Origin: Candidatus Micrarchaeota archaeon
GTDB taxonomy: Archaea; Micrarchaeota; Micrarchaeia; Micrarchaeales; CABMGC01
Reading direction: 5' to 3'
Assembly (NCBI GenBank): GCA_964550485.1
Contig: CAZJZM010000003.1
Span: 1 to 37,849, forward strand
DNA length: 37,849 bases
In this document: piece after piece, positions 31,756 to 37,849 of the stretch
Position numbering within the stretch: position 1 is the first letter of the stretch
How the letters are laid out: the number at the start of each line of letters is the position of its first letter
Notes under the pieces: model-generated
The model's database searches: none
The model's input: only the letters and a program-made list of their open reading frames with translations
Told to the model about the DNA's origin: nothing
Translations under genes and position numbers: made by a program

Positions 31756-32844
31756 CTACTGGTTCCTGGGACTTTTTCTTAAGATTTTCCTAAATGCCCC
31801 TACAACTTCTACAATGGCTAGTCCTGCAAGCGCACTTCCTAAAAGGGCTAAACCCGAAGGCTCTGGCGTAGTTTCTGTTATGATGGGGCATGGAGGGGGA
31901 ATGTATTTTCGCCAATCTTTGCACTCTTTACTGTGGCCATCTCCGTCTTTGTACTTGTCGCAATACTGTTTCAGTCTCTTCGGGAATATTTGTTCGGGTA
32001 TTATAAATATATCCAAAGGCACTAAAGGTGTCACCAAGCCACTCCAGTTTGGCGTTCCTGTGTCGAGGCTGAGTTGATAATCCCAGGGCCAGACCTGTAC
32101 TGTGGGATCATTTCCATCTAGAGTTGTGCCCCAGGGACCGAGGTCGCTGTTGTTTGGGATGTATGCAGGAAGGCTGTCGTCTGGTCGGAGGGCGACGTTT
32201 AAAGCAGGGTCTTCATCGGCATAGTTCTTGCAGACATCTATGAATTCAAGCTCGACTGTCCGCCTGCCGTTTAGAACTCCGGAGCAACGGCGGACTTTTG
32301 TGCTGAGTCCCTTGGCCTCCAGGTCCGGAGCAATTAAATTTTCTGACAACTCACCAGTCCCTCCGAGCATGTTTGTGAAGCGTTCGCCTTCCCTGATCCT
32401 CCCATCGAAGCATATAACTCCAGGCACTTCATGTCCGGCCATAGCATCGAACAGCTCCCCAGGCACGCCTACACGCGCCATGATTTTCCTGGCGGTTTCA
32501 GGAGTACCTGTGTAGGGATTGCAGGCAGGGCACCAAACATGCCACATACCTGCCGATGCCGAGGTTGTAGACGTATTGAATGGGGTGTGCATGGCTTTCT
32601 CGGACTGGCTTGCGAATGAATCGCCGTAGGGATCAACGTTAGGAAGCACTGCGTTAGCCGAAGCCCATGTTGGAATTATGCTTAGCGCCAAAGCTAAAGC
32701 CATAGCACGTGGTTTGGATGAAAGTTGAGAACTGATGTCGGACCTCATTAACTTAGTTAGGTCTGCCGGACTGTCTGTCCTCCTCCAAATTTTCAACATT
32801 CTGTCACAGTAGGTTCTCTGTTTTTGTGATATATATGTGTTCAT
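31756..32844 (-). CDS. Secreted hypothetical protein with a PEP-CTERM-like C-terminal sorting signal
   Basis: The C-terminus TPEPSGLALLGSALAGLAIVEVVGAFRKILRK has a PEP motif, hydrophobic helix and basic cluster. An internal signal peptide (MALALALSIIPTWASANA) suggests the true start is downstream (ATG 32748 or 32703). Confidence 0.6.
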   Translation of the reverse strand: MNTYISQKQRTYCDRMLKIWRRTDSPADLTKLMRSDISSQLSSKPRAMALALALSIIPTWASANAVLPNVDPYGDSFASQSEKAMHTPFNTSTTSASAGMWHVWCPACNPYTGTPETARKIMARVGVPGELFDAMAGHEVPGVICFDGRIREGERFTNMLGGTGELSENLIAPDLEAKGLSTKVRRCSGVLNGRRTVELEFIDVCKNYADEDPALNVALRPDDSLPAYIPNNSDLGPWGTTLDGNDPTVQVWPWDYQLSLDTGTPNWSGLVTPLVPLDIFIIPEQIFPKRLKQYCDKYKDGDGHSKECKDWRKYIPPPCPIITETTPEPSGLALLGSALAGLAIVEVVGAFRKILRKSPRNQ

Positions 32845-32894
32845 TTTTCAGAAAACTATATAAATTATAACTCAGTTATATTTATTGTGATTCC

Positions 32895-33236
32895 ATGAAG
32901 AAATATCTGTTGTTGATGTACAACAAGGAAATGCGAATGCCAAGGAAACCGACTAAACAGCAAATGGAGGAAGGCATGCGGCCATGGAGGGAGTACCTAA
33001 ATCCTCTCATGAAAAAAGGCGCCCTTGAAACGGCGTTGCCAGTGCAATGGAAAGGCAAAACAGTTACCTCCACAGACACTAAAGATTACAAGCCACAAAA
33101 AGTGGATCTCGGAGGCTACATGATAGTAAAAGCGAAAAACATGGCAGAAGCGGTGAAAATAGCGAAGAAATCGCCCCATGCAATGACACGGATGGGGCCT
33201 ACAACTATTAGGGAATGCGTGGAAATGCAGATGTGA
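32895..33236 (+). CDS. YCII/DGPF-related small protein
   Basis: MKKYLLLMY start and a roughly 110-aa size with a GGYMIVKAKNMAEAVKIAK pattern typical of the YCII-like dimeric alpha/beta barrel superfamily. Confidence 0.45.
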   Translation: MKKYLLLMYNKEMRMPRKPTKQQMEEGMRPWREYLNPLMKKGALETALPVQWKGKTVTSTDTKDYKPQKVDLGGYMIVKAKNMAEAVKIAKKSPHAMTRMGPTTIRECVEMQM

Positions 33237-33240
33237 TCTA

Positions 33241-33609
33241 ATGGCGAACTATGAAGTCAAGAGCATGTCCAAGTCCGGAGAGATCAAGGAAATGAAGCGT
33301 GCTAAACTTGAAGCGGTAAGCATCGGAGAGGCAAAAGTTGCACGGTTTGTATTGAAAAAAGGGTGGAAATGGTCAACAGACATCAAACCATTGGTCAATA
33401 CGGAATGGTGTGAGGCTCCCCAATTCCAATATGCGATCTCAGGCAGATTACACATGAAACTCCGGGATGGAACTGAATTTGAGATAGGGCCTGGAGACGT
33501 GTCTTCCGTGCCTCCTGGACACGATGCATGGGTTATCGGCGACGAACCTGCCATAGGCATTGAATGGACTGCGACTGAAATTATGAAAGAATTGTCAAAG
33601 AAAGACTAG
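33241..33609 (+). CDS. Cupin-domain protein
   Basis: About 120 aa. GPGDVSSVPPGHDAWVIGDEP resembles cupin motif 1/2 spacing. Confidence 0.5.
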   Translation: MANYEVKSMSKSGEIKEMKRAKLEAVSIGEAKVARFVLKKGWKWSTDIKPLVNTEWCEAPQFQYAISGRLHMKLRDGTEFEIGPGDVSSVPPGHDAWVIGDEPAIGIEWTATEIMKELSKKD

Positions 33610-33706
33610 GCAACTTTGACTTAGATGTCTATGGAATTCTCCGATTTTAACCGAAACAAGGCAGATGCCCTAGTGCGTCTAATTGACACGAAGGATGTTC
33701 TGGATG

Positions 33707-35224
33707 CTATGATTGCCTCACGAGCTTCATGACCATGGTAGTGCCGCAGTATTCGACGCATTGGCCGGCTGAGGCGCCGGAGGGAGCGGAGGCCGGGGGA
33801 GGATGGCTGTCCAGAGTCATGAGATCGGTAGTCATTCCGCCGGTATAGGTGGTGCCGTCAGAACTGGAGAGGGATATCGCACTGCTGCTGATGGTCCCTT
33901 GGACCTGGATGGTTTCCGAGCCGGTGGGCAGATAGCAGGGGTTGCTCGGGTCCGGATCCGTGATCACTTTGGTATTGTAGAGGGTGTAGTTGCCCGCCAG
34001 GCTTGTACCTGACTTCGTTAACGTCAATGTCGTTGCGCTTTCGTATACGCAACCGGGTGCGCCTATGTCACTTGTAATGGTAGAACCTGTCCATGTGCTG
34101 TTGTTAACGCCCCCTAAGTTCTCATCGCTGGTTTGTGTCTCTCCGGTGTTGTTCGGCTGTTGACCGTTGCCATTCGGCTCTTGGCCTGTAGGAGTCTGGT
34201 TGTTTGGCTGCTGGTAGTTAGGTTCGTATCCTGGGTCATAGCTGAATACGATCGGATTGGTTATTGTCAAGTCGTCAGTGGAGTTGCCAGGATAATAAAA
34301 TATCATGTAATAAGTCCCGGCTGCCAGCTGCGTGTCTATTGTACTGCTTTGGATATATGTGAAGTATTCGACGTTGCCTTGGCCGGTAAGCCAGGTGATG
34401 GCAGGGGGAGGTTGGGGCCGGATAGTTGAAACGTTCATTTTCGTCTGGGCCCAGGCAGAAGAGGAGGGGCTTGAGGTTTGGTTTACATAGATAGAGAGCA
34501 TGTAGTTGCCGTAGGTTACATTGACTCCGTTAAATGGACGTATTGTAAGGTTGGAATAGCCCCGGATGGGAGTGACATTGTAATACAAACTGTATACTGC
34601 AGAGAGGGGAAGGGATTTGGCTGAGAGCCCAGTCAATACCGCGACAAACTGGTCGCATGTGTCGTTTTTGCCAGACGCCACTTTTGTAAGGATGTTGCAT
34701 CCTTTTCTAGACGCAGAATTATTTAACCGGTTGAGAGTTGCAAACTGGAGAGGCGTGAGTATCGCCATCGCCAGATCAGATTGGGCGCTGTAGGATCCGG
34801 TTATAGATGCTCCTGTCCAGTTGGAAGGTATCGTGAACTCCTGATAATACAAGTTCCCGCATTGGGGAGGTTGGCATTGGGGGGAGATCGCTGTGAATTT
34901 GACCGGAGCTGCGCTCGAATTGAATATGGTGTAGGCTTTAATCGAAGGGGTTGTTGCGGGATTATTCCGGTTTGCCAAACCGATCAGATACAAAAGGAAA
35001 AAGATGACTATCACAACAGCTGCTATCCTCACAACATAGGAACCCATTGAGGTTTTCCCTACGGGAGCTGAAGACGATGATCCTGCCTTTCCGGTCCAGT
35101 TATTGCCCGTGGGCTTGTTTCCCTCTCCGCCTAGTTCCGCCTTCATTTCCAGATACTGTTTTCTGGTTATCTTCCCTTTGGCATAGCGCTCCTTGAGCAC
35201 CTCTGTGCTGTCCTTTTCGCCCAC
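33707..35224 (-). CDS. Surface protein A: N-terminal cytoplasmic SHOCT domain, TM helix, large sequon-rich ectodomain
   Basis: GTG start. LKERYAKGKITRKQYLEMKAEL is the SHOCT signature. TM helix VVRIAAVVIVIFFLLYLIGL. The C-terminal half is paralogous to 37018-37849. Confidence 0.65.
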   Translation of the reverse strand: MGEKDSTEVLKERYAKGKITRKQYLEMKAELGGEGNKPTGNNWTGKAGSSSSAPVGKTSMGSYVVRIAAVVIVIFFLLYLIGLANRNNPATTPSIKAYTIFNSSAAPVKFTAISPQCQPPQCGNLYYQEFTIPSNWTGASITGSYSAQSDLAMAILTPLQFATLNRLNNSASRKGCNILTKVASGKNDTCDQFVAVLTGLSAKSLPLSAVYSLYYNVTPIRGYSNLTIRPFNGVNVTYGNYMLSIYVNQTSSPSSSAWAQTKMNVSTIRPQPPPAITWLTGQGNVEYFTYIQSSTIDTQLAAGTYYMIFYYPGNSTDDLTITNPIVFSYDPGYEPNYQQPNNQTPTGQEPNGNGQQPNNTGETQTSDENLGGVNNSTWTGSTITSDIGAPGCVYESATTLTLTKSGTSLAGNYTLYNTKVITDPDPSNPCYLPTGSETIQVQGTISSSAISLSSSDGTTYTGGMTTDLMTLDSHPPPASAPSGASAGQCVEYCGTTMVMKLVRQS

Positions 35225-35316
35225 ATTGATCCCGATAGCACGTAGAAGAGGAAAGTATAATAATTTGCCTTTTTTCTATAACCGAATTATAATATTCTTG
35301 GCGTTCCGAAATTGCA

Positions 35317-36936
35317 CTAGCTTTCCAGGTCCTCCTTCATCCTCTCGTACTGCGCCTTTGTTATCTGCCCTTTGGCGTATCTCATCTTCAGCGTCTTCAT
35401 GGAGTCATTCTCCCCTTTTTCCTTTGTGGACTCCTCGCTATTTTGTGCGTTTTTCTTAGTTGCTGTAGCGGACCTGCTTTTGGCAAACTTGTAAATTCTG
35501 TATATGATGTAGAAGAAAGCGGCGACCAATAGAAGGAAAATGATGCCTCCCCCTATCACATGACTGAGCGGCGGCGGAGGCTGGCTTGCTTGCGCTGTTG
35601 TGTTTATTGCAGTTGTCTGGTTTGGCGGTGGCTGCGGAGTGGTTACCTGAGTTGTCTGGTTGCTGCTTGTGGTGTTCTGTATGGGGAGACTTACTGAGCT
35701 TTGGTTTGTCGTAGTTGCATTCTGTTGAGGGTTCTGCTGACTGGCCTGGGTCTGGTTTCCTGGGATATAATCGCTATAGCCGGCGAGGACCTCAGTCAGT
35801 TTACCCGTGGCGAGGTTTTGTACCAGAACGTTTCCGCTTATAACCCGGACGGTGGTATTGCCATTTGAAGCTGATATTGTGTAATTTGTGCCAAAGTCGC
35901 ATATCATCACCTGATACACCATATCGCAATTGAGCTGCTTGTTGCCTACGCCGTTCTCATTTTCGTTGCCAATGGCATTACTGTAAGTAATTATGGCGGA
36001 ACTGAGTGCGAATATGGTATATGAGGTAATCACGACCGGGCAAGCTACTGTACAACCGGCAGCGGCTCCGAGGGCGATTAGGGCTTTATCCAATGTAAAC
36101 TCTTTGACGTATTCGTCTATGGCTGTTTCTTCTGGGGAGCTGGTCGGCTTGCTAGGGATATAATATAGCGTGCCTCCGTTCTGCTCAGCCACCCACTGCT
36201 CTAAGGTCACCTTGCCTGTTGCTTGCACATTGTTCTGGACTCCGGCGCCTTGGATGCTTACAGAAGCGGAATTCAATGTAACCAGGCTGCCTAGCGATAG
36301 GTTGCTAAGTGGTACTGCGTCTCCATCGGCATCCGCCTCGGACGCAGATCCGGTCGATGCTATCTGAAGTCCGCCGTTGGGCACACAGATCTGAATATTC
36401 GGCGAGGGATTGGATAGATGGCTAACTGAAGAACATTCAGGGGAACTCGGTGTTGTGCTTGTTGCACTTCCGCTATTAACCACTACCGAATCAACAAACG
36501 TGAACGTACTGCATGGTGTACCGTCATCCATCTGGCCGCCCTGGCAGCTTATGGTCCAGTCCAACGTGTAATTGCCGCTTGGTGTATCTGCCGGAACGGA
36601 TATCGTATAGCCTCCAAAGGTGCAGCTCCCGAGAGCTACATCACCAAAGTCAATTGAGGATGGAGAGGCCCACGCTCCGGCAGCCCCTGACATTGAACCG
36701 AGCAGGTCTGCCGAGGGGCCACAGTCTCCGTAGGTACAGGTAATGCAAGCCTTCTGGCTCTCCGGCACGCTTGCTCCTGCGTTTACATTGTAAGTGTGGC
36801 CGCTAACAGCCGGAATTGTCGCAAGCATCACAGGAAGAACTAACATTATGAGTATTAATCTTACTAACAGCCTGCTGCGATTAAAGGCATTAGACTTCTG
36901 CGCTTCTTCATCCACAATGACAATCCCATAGTGCAT
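35317..36936 (-). CDS. Surface protein B: signal/TM, Cys-rich ectodomain, C-terminal TM helix and cytoplasmic SHOCT domain
   Basis: N-terminal LLVRLILIMLVLPVMLATIPAVSG. Q/T/N-rich stalk. TM helix GIIFLLLVAAFFYIIY. Terminal LKMRYAKGQITKAQYERMKEDL is SHOCT. Confidence 0.65.
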   Translation of the reverse strand: MHYGIVIVDEEAQKSNAFNRSRLLVRLILIMLVLPVMLATIPAVSGHTYNVNAGASVPESQKACITCTYGDCGPSADLLGSMSGAAGAWASPSSIDFGDVALGSCTFGGYTISVPADTPSGNYTLDWTISCQGGQMDDGTPCSTFTFVDSVVVNSGSATSTTPSSPECSSVSHLSNPSPNIQICVPNGGLQIASTGSASEADADGDAVPLSNLSLGSLVTLNSASVSIQGAGVQNNVQATGKVTLEQWVAEQNGGTLYYIPSKPTSSPEETAIDEYVKEFTLDKALIALGAAAGCTVACPVVITSYTIFALSSAIITYSNAIGNENENGVGNKQLNCDMVYQVMICDFGTNYTISASNGNTTVRVISGNVLVQNLATGKLTEVLAGYSDYIPGNQTQASQQNPQQNATTTNQSSVSLPIQNTTSSNQTTQVTTPQPPPNQTTAINTTAQASQPPPPLSHVIGGGIIFLLLVAAFFYIIYRIYKFAKSRSATATKKNAQNSEESTKEKGENDSMKTLKMRYAKGQITKAQYERMKEDLES

Positions 36937-37017
36937 CGGATGGAAACATTTAATAATCTTGTCAAGACAAGCGCAGCGAAGCTAGGCTAGTTAACAAGAT
37001 TCGATATTCTCAGGCAG

Positions 37018-37849
37018 CTACGAGTCCCTCTCAAGCTTGATGACTACAGTATAGCCGCAGTCTGAGGCGCAGCCGTCGATAGGAGCGGTAGCTCCGTTTA
37101 GGGTCATAAGGTCGGTGGTAGTTCCGCCGGTATAGGTGGTATTTCCCCACCACCAGCCAGGAGTAACGTTTGTGCCTAGGAGGTCCACCCTAGTGCTGCT
37201 GATGGTTCCCTGAGCCTGGAAGATTGCGGGCGACCCTGTGGCATACGAAAGCCCACAATCCATCAGGCCTTCGGAGGCGGAGGCGGCAGCGGCGGCCGTA
37301 TAAGTTTTGATCTGAATATTAGTGAAGTTAAACTGAGCGTCTAGGTCAGAGCCGTCCTGTGCCAGTGACAATGTCACCGGGCTTTGATATGTACAGTCCG
37401 GAGGCCCCACATCAGCAAACACTGCGGTACCCGACCATGTGCCGTTCACACCCCATGGAGTCAGGCCGCCGATGGATGTTCCTCCGTTGTTGCTTGACCC
37501 GCCATTAGACTGGCCGTTCTCCTGGTTATTCTGGTTGTTATTCTGGCTGTTTTGGTTGTTCTGATTATTCTGGTTGTTCTGTTGGTCGTTTGACTGGCCA
37601 TTTGATTGAGCCTGCAGTGTAGAGGTGTAGCTGTCTATTATTGGGTTGGTCATTGTTATGTCGGTTGTGGAGCTACCTGGATAATAAAATACTATATAGT
37701 ATATCCCAACTGTCAGCGACACGTCTATGTTGGTGGTTTCGCTGTATGTGAAATATTCGGTGTTTACGCCGTTACTGAGCCAGGTAAGGGACGGAGTTGA
37801 TGGAGGTTGGCTAGTCGAAACGTTCATTTCTACCTGAGCCCATGCCGAA
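37018..37849 (-). CDS. Surface protein C, paralogue of A (5' end lies outside the window)
   Basis: The frame stays open upstream of the track Met. SAWAQVEMNVSTSQPP aligns with SAWAQTKMNVSTIRPQPPP of protein A. Shared blocks: EYFTY, YY(I/M)(V/I)FYYPG, TYTGG.TTDLMTL. Confidence 0.65.
   Translation of the reverse strand, partial: SAWAQVEMNVSTSQPPSTPSLTWLSNGVNTEYFTYSETTNIDVSLTVGIYYIVFYYPGSSTTDITMTNPIIDSYTSTLQAQSNGQSNDQQNNQNNQNNQNSQNNNQNNQENGQSNGGSSNNGGTSIGGLTPWGVNGTWSGTAVFADVGPPDCTYQSPVTLSLAQDGSDLDAQFNFTNIQIKTYTAAAAASASEGLMDCGLSYATGSPAIFQAQGTISSTRVDLLGTNVTPGWWWGNTTYTGGTTTDLMTLNGATAPIDGCASDCGYTVVIKLERDS
37480..37614 (-). repeat. Degenerate codon-level tandem repeat encoding a Q/N-rich linker
   Basis: Encodes QAQSNGQSNDQQNNQNNQNNQNSQNNNQNNQENGQSNGGSSNNGG. 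The plus strand shows reiterated ctggtt(g/a)tt units. Confidence 0.8.

Noticed and set aside
35193-35459. 88-aa plus-strand ORF spanning the gap between surface-protein genes A and B.
   Set aside because: It is antisense to both SHOCT-coding segments. It is Ser/Pro/Phe-rich with no motif or promoter.
33707-37849. Diversity-generating retroelement or cassette-switching explanation for the paralogous surface proteins.
   Set aside because: There is no reverse transcriptase and no template/variable repeat pair. The paralogues differ throughout at roughly half of the aligned residues, not in an adenine-specific pattern.

Overview
The window is an archaeal chromosomal segment. Evidence: TTTAAATA-type TATA boxes about 30 nt upstream of starts, an intron-containing tRNA, RFC large subunit, Pelota, ribosomal protein L21e, RpoF/Rpo4, a TBP-fold protein and class III (type IV pilin-like) signal peptides. 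Secreted proteins are Ser/Thr/Asn-rich with dense N-x-S/T sequons. That fits an acidophilic Thermoplasmata-like or DPANN/Micrarchaeota-like lineage, but the lineage cannot be fixed without a database search. Housekeeping genes (pheT, rfcL, rsmA/ksgA, pelota, rpl21e, rpoF, DUF655, two tRNAs) are interleaved with accessory and cell-envelope loci. Observations I rank highest: (1) a 126-aa TBP with only one TBP repeat. (2) Two tandem promoter-gene-terminator cassettes for small signal-peptide plus two-helix proteins with VirB2/TrbC/CedA1-like architecture, sharing a 275-nt 100% identical core. (3) A tightly packed operon of a membrane-tethered wHTH/DUF4382-like regulator, a MacB-type ABC ATPase, a CARDB-like surface protein and an FtsX permease. 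(4) A protein with a PEP-CTERM-like sorting signal. (5) A cluster of paralogous surface proteins bracketed by cytoplasmic SHOCT domains. (6) An AT-rich island inside a broken conserved gene neighbourhood. All functional calls come from motif recognition by eye; no BLAST or HMM search was possible. No CRISPR array, transposase, integrase or rRNA was seen.
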